From NCBI GenBank assembly GCA_016866495.1, contig VGMG01000003.1, positions 3,557-67,556 of the forward strand: 64,000 bases of DNA, read 5' to 3'. This stretch comes from Chlamydiota bacterium (GTDB lineage Bacteria; Chlamydiota; Chlamydiia; Chlamydiales; RGXB01). Below, in pieces: positions 28,324-37,453 of this stretch; position 1 is the stretch's first letter; the number at the start of each line of letters is the position of its first letter. The notes under the pieces are model-generated. The model saw nothing but the letters and a program-made list of their open reading frames with translations. It was not told where the DNA came from and ran no database searches. Both the position numbers and the translations under genes were made by a program.

Positions 28324-30257
28324 AGATCATTCCTCTATTTGACCTTCCGGACCATGATCCGGCCTCCTATCATCATCTAGAATCTGTCAAAGCAACTTTG
28401 AAAGAGGTCTATCCGGACGAGATACCAAATGCGATTGAGAGTCGTGTAATTTGGACTAACGTAGGATTGACACTCGGTATAGTTTTAGTCTGTTCCCAGG
28501 AAAATACGCTTGGAGTGGGTCGATACATGAACGATGTGTGTTCAAGATCCCTTGTGCCGGGCAAGCTTGTAAATCTCACCTCCTCCTATTCGATGGCTTT
28601 CAAAATTGATACGTTGGAAAATGAGGGGTACTTTCTCCACAAGGTATATGCACGACTGGAGTGTCCAGAGGATCTTGCAATCGCTTTAAAAACTCTCAAA
28701 GATCTACCTCAAGAAATTCGACTCAACATTGAGGCTGTTCGTTACCTTCGAGATATTTTTAAAAACACTCCCCTATCTTTTGAAGAAAAAAACCACCTCA
28801 TTCAGGAGAAAATGAAAGATACGATTGAGGTAAAAGGGGTGGAGGGCATCCACACTTTATTAGGGACCAATCGCGAGAGCGAGCATCTGACAGAACTCAC
28901 ACAAAAAATACTCGCTACAAAGAAGATATCGCCCGATGTTTTTTCCAGAGAAATTTTTCAAGAGTTACAGCAATTGATATTCTCTATGAAGGAGGAATTT
29001 CTTAAAGAGCGCTCCAACCATTTTATTAGCCGTCTTTTAGCCCAAAGTTACCTGTTAAGAAAAACGTGTATCCATAAAGAGATCAAAGATTCCTTTCAAC
29101 TTGAGATTAAATTCTTAAAACCCCACCACAAAAGGGAGGAGTCTATCCATTCGCTTGGTGTGCTGGCCGTGATTCGATTCAAATCCCCGTCTGAAAATCT
29201 TGATTGCAATGGTCTTTTCGAGGCAGTCGTTGCCATCCTTCCAGAGTGCAAACTTCTACCAAATTCCCGGTTTTTCCATTATAGACCCCACGAGGGGCTT
29301 AAAAGTCTTTATATTGAAATCACCAAAGATGGGGAATTCGGTAAAAGCACCTTAAACAATCTAAAGAAAAAACTCCCTTTTGAAATAGATGAAAGGGTCT
29401 TTAGACCGGTTCTTCCTATTTTCATGCCTCGAAACGAAGAAGAGGTGATGAAACATATGATTTTATTGAGCAAAGAGCTCAAATATGTTGATGATATACC
29501 TCAGGTGATGCTCAATTTTTATAAGCAGTCGCCCCACTCATTAAGCTTTACCACTATCGTAGTTGCCCTCAATCGAGGGCAATCCTTAGAGATCCCCATC
29601 GATAATGTTGAAAAAAGAATGATGGGGAATTTGCGCTCAAAATACCCAAAAGAGGCTTTTGTTTTTGAACTCACTATTGATAAAGCCCCTTTCATTCGTA
29701 AAGACCGCTCCATAGATCTATTTGACGCAAGAAAAGCCGCCTCCATGCGGCTTTTTGAGCTTATTGGCCCTTTTAGAGATTACAATGGTGGTTTGATCCT
29801 AAAAAAGAGTGAAATCCTTTTAGACTTCAAAAAACAGGTGAAACCTTATACCGTAGGCTCCGAAATTCTTCTGGAGCGTTTTTTCCATGCAATTACACCC
29901 AGTTACATGCAAGGAGTTTTGCAACCAAGCGTTTTAAAAAGGCTCTTCCTTCTTTTGACAAAAGCGACCGACCAGTCGTGTGAAAACGGTTTTTTTGAAC
30001 ACCAAGTACATGGCGATACTCTAATTATTGGTCTTGCTATAACCGATATACATTTCAAAACACGCTTCAAACAATCCCTAGAAAAGCTGAAAATCCCCTC
30101 ATCCCAGCTAGCTCTTACCCATTTTGATCAATATGGAATTAGTGCAATTGGTCTTATTTTGCGCCATTTTGAAGAGGGAATCATTCCAAAAATCCGCGAT
30201 TGTTTTTTTCAATGGATAGAAGAACAAAGACAACAACCAGCCTTAGAGATGGCATGA
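28320..30257 (+). CDS. hypothetical protein, translationally coupled on both sides
   Basis: 645-aa ORF. ATGA overlap with the oppA2 stop (28320-28323) and with the S9 peptidase start (30254-30257). No motif recognised. Confidence 0.5.
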   Translation: MKIIPLFDLPDHDPASYHHLESVKATLKEVYPDEIPNAIESRVIWTNVGLTLGIVLVCSQENTLGVGRYMNDVCSRSLVPGKLVNLTSSYSMAFKIDTLENEGYFLHKVYARLECPEDLAIALKTLKDLPQEIRLNIEAVRYLRDIFKNTPLSFEEKNHLIQEKMKDTIEVKGVEGIHTLLGTNRESEHLTELTQKILATKKISPDVFSREIFQELQQLIFSMKEEFLKERSNHFISRLLAQSYLLRKTCIHKEIKDSFQLEIKFLKPHHKREESIHSLGVLAVIRFKSPSENLDCNGLFEAVVAILPECKLLPNSRFFHYRPHEGLKSLYIEITKDGEFGKSTLNNLKKKLPFEIDERVFRPVLPIFMPRNEEEVMKHMILLSKELKYVDDIPQVMLNFYKQSPHSLSFTTIVVALNRGQSLEIPIDNVEKRMMGNLRSKYPKEAFVFELTIDKAPFIRKDRSIDLFDARKAASMRLFELIGPFRDYNGGLILKKSEILLDFKKQVKPYTVGSEILLERFFHAITPSYMQGVLQPSVLKRLFLLLTKATDQSCENGFFEHQVHGDTLIIGLAITDIHFKTRFKQSLEKLKIPSSQLALTHFDQYGISAIGLILRHFEEGIIPKIRDCFFQWIEEQRQQPALEMA

Positions 30258-31783
30258 ACGGTCCGGAATTTGCTCACAAAAACCCCGCTTTTTTTCGGGT
30301 TATGGGTGAAAACATCCTTTACCTAGATTTTTTGTCACAAACCCTTTTTTCTTTAAATAAAGGGGTATCAACCCCACTAAAAACTGGACTTGCTCCCCTT
30401 TATCACCCTCTTTTTTTCTCAGGATCCCCTTTTGCAGTCGTTAAAAACCAGATTGTCACTGATAATAGCCTTGTTTTTCTTGCAGGGGGGAAAAACTCTG
30501 CTTTCGGCATGGATCTTCGACACATTTATAAGATTGAAGGGGGCGAAAAAATGGAAATTTGCCGCTCTTTGAATACCCTTTTGGGATTCTGCGTATGCCA
30601 TAACGAAAAGCGGTTTTTGATCCATGAGACTGTAAGTGGAGCCTCTTTTTATGAGAAATCGGCTCTTTTCTTATGGGATGAAACAAAAAAAACGAAAACA
30701 ACTCTCTATAGCGGTGACTCCATGGTTACCCATTATGGGTTTCAAGCCGACAATACCCCGTTTTTTCTGACTGAATCAGATCCTGTTGTAGTAACTCATG
30801 GGCTTGATGGTTTTAAAAGAAGAGCACTGGGAGCTACGAATATCCTCTTTTTTGAAAATAGGATCTTCGTGCTATTTTCTTTCGAGGGTGAAGATGGCCT
30901 CTATGAATGGCAGGAATCTAAAATTACGAAGATTCCCGTACCTTTGGCCTCGATACAAGAAATCTTCGCCGATTTGTCTCATCTTTATATCGCTGGCCTA
31001 ACGGTGAATGGCCACTTCAAATTGCTACAGTCCGAGATAAGAAATTCAGAGCCTTTAGATTTTAAAAATGGGAATACTTTTAGCGAAAGAGCGCATTTAG
31101 CAGTAGAACCTTTAGAGGCTCACATGGGGAAGGGTTGGCTATTTGGAGCATTTCATCCTCATAAGCCTACTTTGATACGCATCCACGGCGGACCGATCGG
31201 TCACATGGAAAAAATTCTATCACCGGAAACTCAATTCTATCTTGAGAGGGGTTTTCAGGTCATTTGTGTAAATTATCGGGGTAGCACAGGATATGGCCGA
31301 GAGCATCGCATAGCCCTCTTGAGAAATTATGGTAAAGCGGATGTAGAGGATGTTGTCTGTCTCATCAAAGAGCTCAAAAAAAAGGGGGTCAAAACCTCTA
31401 ACATCTTTTTAAAAGGAAAAAGCTCTGCGGGTCTGACTGCAATTTTAAGCTCTCTTGAAGAAGAGGTGCAGGCTTTAGCAATCTATTGTCCTGTAACGCA
31501 CAACGATCCTTTAGATGCAGAATTAGCCTCTTTATTTCCCCCTAACTACGACCCTTTTGAAAAACTTTGCACAAATCAAGCTCCCATGATCCTTTTCCAG
31601 GGTGATGTAGACCGAATTGTTGCAAAAGAACATACCGACAAGTATGTCAAAAGTCTTAATACCACCCGTTTTTTCCAATATGAGATCCTTGAAGGGGTTG
31701 GCCACTCCATTAAAGGAGAAACCGAAATGGAGTGTCTTAAAAAAGAGTTCGCTTTTTTTAAAAACATCTCAGACACTCTTTAA
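30254..31783 (+). CDS. prolyl oligopeptidase (S9) family serine peptidase / alpha-beta hydrolase
   Basis: Track ORF starts at 30200; the ATG at 30254 is preferred. C-terminal catalytic half: IRIHGGPIGH, VNYRGSTGYGREH, nucleophile region FLKGKSSAGL, FQGDVDRIV, EGVGHS. Confidence 0.7.
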   Translation: MNGPEFAHKNPAFFRVMGENILYLDFLSQTLFSLNKGVSTPLKTGLAPLYHPLFFSGSPFAVVKNQIVTDNSLVFLAGGKNSAFGMDLRHIYKIEGGEKMEICRSLNTLLGFCVCHNEKRFLIHETVSGASFYEKSALFLWDETKKTKTTLYSGDSMVTHYGFQADNTPFFLTESDPVVVTHGLDGFKRRALGATNILFFENRIFVLFSFEGEDGLYEWQESKITKIPVPLASIQEIFADLSHLYIAGLTVNGHFKLLQSEIRNSEPLDFKNGNTFSERAHLAVEPLEAHMGKGWLFGAFHPHKPTLIRIHGGPIGHMEKILSPETQFYLERGFQVICVNYRGSTGYGREHRIALLRNYGKADVEDVVCLIKELKKKGVKTSNIFLKGKSSAGLTAILSSLEEEVQALAIYCPVTHNDPLDAELASLFPPNYDPFEKLCTNQAPMILFQGDVDRIVAKEHTDKYVKSLNTTRFFQYEILEGVGHSIKGETEMECLKKEFAFFKNISDTL

Positions 31784-31906
31784 TGACGAACTTCAGGTCT
31801 TTTTAAGATCTCTTTTTTCAAACTTTCGCTTAAAAGAACTTAAAATAAACCTCGATGATATCTATTTTTTTTGTTATTATTCCTGCTTCTAACGCGAACT
31901 AGACAC

Positions 31907-33226
31907 ATGAAATGGATACTTCCTCTACTCTTAATGTTTTTTAATTCATCCCTTGTCTTTTCTGAAAAAGACGAGAATGGGATTTTAATAAATTTCGATA
32001 GTATAGAACTTAAAGAACTCTCCAAATTTCTTGGGAAAATATTACAGACCAATTTTGTTTTCAAAGAAGATGTGGGAAAATATTGCATCCATTTTGTCTG
32101 TCATAAAAGGCTAAAACAAGAGGAACTTTTACAACATTTTGAGCACATTCTTTTAAGCCATGATTTTATAATGGAAAAAAGGGGTTCGGTTTATCATATT
32201 CAAAAGAAAGCCGAAAGCGACTTGAAAGAGATAAAACACTCTTCACATAGCCAATTTCACATAGTAAAACTTCAATTTCACCCAGGGTCGGAAGTTATCG
32301 ATGCCATCAAACAAGCTGCAACCGCTTTGAATCAGGAGCAAGAGACTCTAAAAAAAGCGCTTGAGTCTACGCAGTGGGTGCGCTCGACAAATTCTATAGT
32401 TTTTACAGCCCCGCAGGGCGTATTTGCTGAGGTCGAGGCATTTATCAAACGTCTCGATGCGCCTCTGAAGCAAGTTTTTATCGAAATTCTTGTGATCGAT
32501 ACTAGTATGCATAAAGGGTTAGATTTTGGGCTTGATTGGAGTTTTGAAACCAAAAAAACTAAAATAATGCCTAGCTTGACCCAAAATCTACTGCCAAAAA
32601 ACCCCCTTGGTTTCAATTTGGGAATTATTGGGGATCTCATTCGCCATCAAGGGGAAAGTTATCTTAGCCTTACATCCCTGGTATCAGCATTACAACAGGA
32701 CTCTGATGTCAAAATTGTATTGAATCAGAAGGTGATCGCCCAAGACAATAAACCCTCAAAAATCTTTGTCGGAGATAACCTCCCTTTTACTGGCTCAACA
32801 ATCTCTACAACAGGTCAAGCGCAACAAACAACAGCCAATATTGACTATAAAGACGTTGGTGTGAGTCTTCTCATTACTCCGTTAATAGGAGATGATAATA
32901 TGATCACATTGAATATTGTTGAAGAGATCTCTGAAGCCCTATCTCACCACTCTGATACCTATCTGTCGGGCATCCAAACGACAAAAACTAACATGTCCAC
33001 TTCGGCTCATGTCCCTAATGCCCATTTTTTGGTATTGAGCGGTATGGCACGAAATTCCAAAACGCAGCGCACCTCAGGGGTGCCTTGCTTGGGGGGATTG
33101 CCCTACATCGGTTCGTTGTTCAATCGAACTGAAGAAAAAGAGGAGAAAAGGAGCATTTTAATCTTTGTGCGACCCCAGCTAGTGGATGCCAGCCATTTTA
33201 CAAAATATGCAACGGCAGGAAACTAA
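31907..33226 (+). CDS. secretin family outer-membrane channel, short form (N0-N1-secretin)
   Basis: The ATG at 31907 gives signal peptide MKWILPLLLMFFNSSLVFS. Secretin core: VLNQKVIAQDNKPSKIFVGDNLPF, IDYKDVGVSLLITP, SGVPCLGGLPYIGSLF, ILIFVRPQLV. Confidence 0.75.
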   Translation: MKWILPLLLMFFNSSLVFSEKDENGILINFDSIELKELSKFLGKILQTNFVFKEDVGKYCIHFVCHKRLKQEELLQHFEHILLSHDFIMEKRGSVYHIQKKAESDLKEIKHSSHSQFHIVKLQFHPGSEVIDAIKQAATALNQEQETLKKALESTQWVRSTNSIVFTAPQGVFAEVEAFIKRLDAPLKQVFIEILVIDTSMHKGLDFGLDWSFETKKTKIMPSLTQNLLPKNPLGFNLGIIGDLIRHQGESYLSLTSLVSALQQDSDVKIVLNQKVIAQDNKPSKIFVGDNLPFTGSTISTTGQAQQTTANIDYKDVGVSLLITPLIGDDNMITLNIVEEISEALSHHSDTYLSGIQTTKTNMSTSAHVPNAHFLVLSGMARNSKTQRTSGVPCLGGLPYIGSLFNRTEEKEEKRSILIFVRPQLVDASHFTKYATAGN

Positions 33227-33315
33227 ACCTTCGAAATTTCCCTACCTTTTGATTTTTTGAATCTCGAAATTTGCCCTACCTTTGAATAACCCCACTAAGT
33301 CATTTTTACCAAAGC

Positions 33316-33741
33316 TCAAGATCTTTGATGGGAGCGAATCTTCAATGTGATTTCTTTCAAAAGGATCTCCTTATTTTCAATTTCTTGAAAACATTCCATG
33401 AGAATTTCCCCTTCGCGGGCTTTTTCTGGGTTCAAATCCATCTGCTCTTGGATACATTCTATACAGGCAAGGGGACAAATCCTTGCTATGATGCGGTTGC
33501 CAAAAAGAAAGCGGATTCTTGCAAAAGCTTTGGGAAATGTAAAACCACTAAAGGTTTTAAAAAAAGGGCTGATTCCAAAAAGTCTATCAAGCTGGGAAAA
33601 AAGTGTAGGTTCACTGATAGAGGTTGTAAAAGGGCTCATGGGGGGAACAAAACCCTCAAAAGCACTCTTCGCATCTACCATTTTTTCAAACGTAACAGAG
33701 TGAGTCTGGTCTAGATTATCAATCGTTAGTTTTGTTTTCAT
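33316..33741 (-). CDS. hypothetical protein
   Basis: 141-aa ORF. Two similar-length plus-strand ORFs overlap it, so the frame choice is uncertain. Confidence 0.3.
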   Translation of the reverse strand: MKTKLTIDNLDQTHSVTFEKMVDAKSAFEGFVPPMSPFTTSISEPTLFSQLDRLFGISPFFKTFSGFTFPKAFARIRFLFGNRIIARICPLACIECIQEQMDLNPEKAREGEILMECFQEIENKEILLKEITLKIRSHQRS

Positions 33742-33894
33742 GTGGGAATTTACCTTATTAGAATCCGATCTTATTTAAATTCTAAAAAGATAACACAAAA
33801 ACGTTTTTGTAAAAAACTAAACAAAACGTTTGCCAATAGCCATTTTTTCTTTTATGTAGAGGTTTGAAGTTTCTTTAATGAATGAGTTTCAAGT

Positions 33895-35124
33895 TTGCAC
33901 CGTCATAAACACTACTTACAGCTTTTTACAATAGCCATAGTTTTGCTAATGGGATACACAGGTTATTCCATGGTGCTCCCCATATTGACGCCAATGCTTG
34001 TATCCACAGACACCCTCCTAGATCCATCGGTTACCGAATCGACCCGCTACATTTTAGTGGGGTTGCTGATCGCCTGTTTTCCTTTAGGTCAATTAATCGG
34101 CTCTCCCATCTTGGGGAGACTATCTGATCGCTTGGGACGAAGAAATATCCTAATCTATACTCTACTACCTGTAATTCCTGCCTATCTTTTAGGGGGGTTC
34201 GCCATCACTTGGAAGCAGCCTTTACTACTTTTTATCAGCCGCTTTTTGACAGGTCTTTTTGAGGGGAATGTAGTGATTGCAACAGCATCGATGGCAGATA
34301 TCTCTGAGACCAATAGCGAAAAAACATTCAACTTTGGCTGGGTGATCACTTTTTCTAATTTGGGCTGGATGGTCGGCCCTTTTATAGGTGCTGCTGTTAT
34401 AAACCCAGAAATTGTCACCTGGTTTAATTTTGCGACCCCTTTTTGGCTAGCAAGTTTTATTTCGTTCATCACCCTTGCACTTGTGATGCTCTTTTTTGTT
34501 GAAACACTCCCCGATATCTCAAAAGTATCCCCCATAAAAAAATACTCCAACACTATAAGCCCCCAACTTCTACATATCTTGATAGGGGCAACATTCTTTT
34601 ATCTAGCTTTTACCGCCTTTTTTAGCTTTTTACCCCTCTTACTCATAAAAAGGTTTAGCTTCTCACCCTCGGTAATCGCCCTTTTTGAGGGGTATACCTC
34701 TATTCCTTTCTGTTTTGCTCCCCTGTTTTACCGAGCCATAAGCGCCCGACTTTCCAATAAACGCACCACACAAATTGCCGGTTTTTTACTCACCGTCTCA
34801 ATCGTTTTTGTCCTTTTGAGCAACTCCACCTTTTATCTGCTCTTTTCCTTAATCCCCCCCAGTTTTTTTATTGCGGTCGGAACGACTTACCTTGCGATAT
34901 TGGTTTCGGATGCAGTAAGCGTTGAGGATCAGGGAATTGCACTGGGAATCAACCAATCCTGTATTGTCTTTTCCGAAGCGATTAGCGCTATATTGTGCGG
35001 AATTATCGCTAATATAAGTTACGCCTCCCCTATCGTATTTTCAGCCCTTTTCGCCTCTTTCAGCGCGGTTTGGCTTTTCAAACTCAAAAACCCTCAAAAC
35101 CCTATTTTTGGGGATAATTCTTAA
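33895..35124 (+). CDS. MFS transporter (drug/H+ antiporter-like, 12 TMS)
   Basis: GRLSDRLGRRNIL is MFS motif A. About 12 hydrophobic helices. Confidence 0.75.
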   Translation: MHRHKHYLQLFTIAIVLLMGYTGYSMVLPILTPMLVSTDTLLDPSVTESTRYILVGLLIACFPLGQLIGSPILGRLSDRLGRRNILIYTLLPVIPAYLLGGFAITWKQPLLLFISRFLTGLFEGNVVIATASMADISETNSEKTFNFGWVITFSNLGWMVGPFIGAAVINPEIVTWFNFATPFWLASFISFITLALVMLFFVETLPDISKVSPIKKYSNTISPQLLHILIGATFFYLAFTAFFSFLPLLLIKRFSFSPSVIALFEGYTSIPFCFAPLFYRAISARLSNKRTTQIAGFLLTVSIVFVLLSNSTFYLLFSLIPPSFFIAVGTTYLAILVSDAVSVEDQGIALGINQSCIVFSEAISAILCGIIANISYASPIVFSALFASFSAVWLFKLKNPQNPIFGDNS

Positions 35125-35226
35125 TTTTTTTTAAAATTTTTAATTGTCATTTTTTTAAACAATTGATTTTCAACAACCTATTTTTTTAAAAAAAAATATT
35201 AATTTTTATCAAAAAAATGCAAGAAA

Positions 35227-36366
35227 ATGATACAATCTACCCTTAACCAAAAAAGGAAACTTATGGCTATAGCAGACCAACAATTGGATACTGGGTCTCA
35301 AAATCTAGGATTCTTTAACCAAATAAATAAACGTAGTGAGCTGGTATCTTTAGGTTTGGGGGCCTCGGTTATCGGCATAAGTGCTTATAACGGAGGAAGA
35401 ATTTGGGAATCTGTTGCTATCGGCTCGATTCCTGCTGTCGGTCTATACAGTGGATTAAAGATTTTTAACCTTTTTAAAAAAACCTTTTCTCAAGATTTTC
35501 TCGAAGATAGTTCAAATACCTCTATAGAGGCTAGGAATTCATCGAAATATAAAGTCGGCCCCTTAGGCGCCAGTTGTTTAAGCTTAACAGCGGGATTGGC
35601 CTTTGCAGGGCTTGCACAGCTGAGTAAAAATAATTTTTGTAAATATGCCTCATTGGTTTGCATCGTTCCAAGCCTCGGATTTATGGCTTATGAAGCCCAA
35701 AAAAATCTTTTTTTTAAAGCCCAGCCCACAAAAGAAGGGCCAATTTTTACAACTGAAAAAGACCCTAGGGGAAAGTACCGTTTGTCTATTGATCCTGTTG
35801 AGCGCAAAAATGTAAGGACTCCGAAAGTACGAAAAGAGGGTGATAAATGGGTGATCACACGCGAGGAAATCGAAAGGTATAACTTAGAGATGGGTTATGT
35901 ATTCGATATCAAAAATATCGAAGATTACAAGCAATTTATCAAAGATTACTCCACATTTCCTTTTACACCAGTTGAAAAAGTTGTGTTTAGTAACAGCCAA
36001 TCTGGGGGTAAAGCTACTTTGGAACGGCAACACTCAACTGTTTTCACCCCTTTCAGCGCTAGTGAGGTATCTGGTGTGCCATTCAGTGTTGAAAAAGCTG
36101 CGTCTATTAGCAGCCAATCTGGAGGTAAAGCTGCTTCGGAACGGCCCCCCTCAAGTGATGTATCTGGTGTGCCATTCAGTGTTGACCAGGCAGGAAAATT
36201 CATGGATCTCCTTCGTTTTGGAACGACTCACCTTCCTTTGTTTCTAGAAAAATTAGAATTCGATACAGAGGATGAATTTAACATTTTTTATGTAGAAGCG
36301 GTTGGTAAAAGAGAAACAATAGTTAAAGAAATGGGAAATCGATTTAGGAATTGGTGCAAAAATTAA
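35227..36366 (+). CDS. hypothetical membrane protein with two bilobed hydrophobic domains (Inc-like) and an internal tandem repeat
   Basis: Bilobed domains LVSLGLGASVIGISAY-NGGRIWES-VAIGSIPAVGLYSGLKIF and LGASCLSLTAGLAFAGLAQL-SKNNFCKY-ASLVCIVPSLGFMAY. Repeat SQSGGKA..ER...VSGVPFSV occurs twice. Confidence 0.45.
   Translation: MIQSTLNQKRKLMAIADQQLDTGSQNLGFFNQINKRSELVSLGLGASVIGISAYNGGRIWESVAIGSIPAVGLYSGLKIFNLFKKTFSQDFLEDSSNTSIEARNSSKYKVGPLGASCLSLTAGLAFAGLAQLSKNNFCKYASLVCIVPSLGFMAYEAQKNLFFKAQPTKEGPIFTTEKDPRGKYRLSIDPVERKNVRTPKVRKEGDKWVITREEIERYNLEMGYVFDIKNIEDYKQFIKDYSTFPFTPVEKVVFSNSQSGGKATLERQHSTVFTPFSASEVSGVPFSVEKAASISSQSGGKAASERPPSSDVSGVPFSVDQAGKFMDLLRFGTTHLPLFLEKLEFDTEDEFNIFYVEAVGKRETIVKEMGNRFRNWCKN
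35994..36185. repeat. imperfect tandem duplication inside the CDS
   Basis: cagccaatctgg(g/a)ggtaaagct... occurs twice. An exact 26-mer gtatctggtgtgccattcagtgttga lies at 36067-36092 and 36160-36185. Confidence 0.85.
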
Positions 36367-36452
36367 AAAGTAGATCAATAAAACAAACAAAAAATTTTAA
36401 TTTTTTCACTGCCTGTTCCTCTTTTTCTACCGATTAAAAAAAGGGTTTTTAT

Positions 36453-37406
36453 ATGCGAGTTAATAGTAATTTAGATGCAGAATGTGCTTTGCAACATTTC
36501 TTTGTTACTGAAGAAAAAAGGGGTTCGGGCGACAGGACTTATGGACAAATTGTTTACCAACACTCCAAAGAGGTTCAGAAAATAAACCTCCCTGGGGTTA
36601 AGACGCCCATAGAAATCCTGAATATTAAGGCCTTTAAAGACCGCACAGGCAGTTTTAACCGCTTTATTAGATCATCTACGGACTATTTTTGGAATGAACG
36701 TGCCAGCTACAAAAATCGGGTCTTTTTCGGACGAAATGCGCATCCTGATGAGAATAGAGTTCTTTTCCATCAAGGAGCTATTTTGAATGCCATCGATAGG
36801 ATGGAACATAAATGTCTTAAACGTTTTGTTAAAGAGATCCACTATGCCCCTCTAGTGGGAGATTTAGAGAAAATTTTTTATCAAAAAAAGAGAGCTTTTG
36901 CTTTTTTGAAAGACGAGGTTTTAAAATCTAGTGACCCCCTCATCAGGGGATTGGATTTACAGCAGGCAGTTTTTCCATTTACTGCTTCTATAAAAGAAAC
37001 CACATTAGAAAAAATTTTCTCGAAGGCTTGCAATCCTGTACAATATGTTTTAGAGCTTGAGGCCCAAAATCCCTTTATTTTTACCCCAAGCACCGCTAAT
37101 CCGGTAGAAAAAAAAGTTGATCTATCCTTAGATGTGCAAAAAAAATCTCCTTTCAAACGAACAAAAGATTACCTAAACTCTCTAATAAGCCCTATCAATA
37201 CCATTCCTGAAACTCTTCAAAACAAGAGTTTGCCCCCACAGGTGGGAACTATGAATGAGCTAACCACCACAATAACAGGTTCATTTATGAAACAGATGGG
37301 AAAAATTGCTGATAGGTCACAAAAAACCTTTTCAAGATTTGAGAGTTATTTTAATCAAATGCCGACACCTACAGCTCTTCAACATTTGGAAAACAGCTTT
37401 TTTTAA
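36453..37406 (+). CDS. hypothetical protein
   Basis: 317-aa ORF. No motif recognised. Confidence 0.45.
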   Translation: MRVNSNLDAECALQHFFVTEEKRGSGDRTYGQIVYQHSKEVQKINLPGVKTPIEILNIKAFKDRTGSFNRFIRSSTDYFWNERASYKNRVFFGRNAHPDENRVLFHQGAILNAIDRMEHKCLKRFVKEIHYAPLVGDLEKIFYQKKRAFAFLKDEVLKSSDPLIRGLDLQQAVFPFTASIKETTLEKIFSKACNPVQYVLELEAQNPFIFTPSTANPVEKKVDLSLDVQKKSPFKRTKDYLNSLISPINTIPETLQNKSLPPQVGTMNELTTTITGSFMKQMGKIADRSQKTFSRFESYFNQMPTPTALQHLENSFF

Positions 37407-37453
37407 ACATCCCTACACCCTTTTTGTATAAAAAAATCCTGGATCTTGGTTTT

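Noticed and set aside
35897-36247. Overlapping ORFs 35897..36247 (+) and 35946..36203 (-) inside the Inc-like gene.
   Set aside because: They are generated by the internal tandem duplication, which keeps other frames open. The 379-aa frame explains the whole region.
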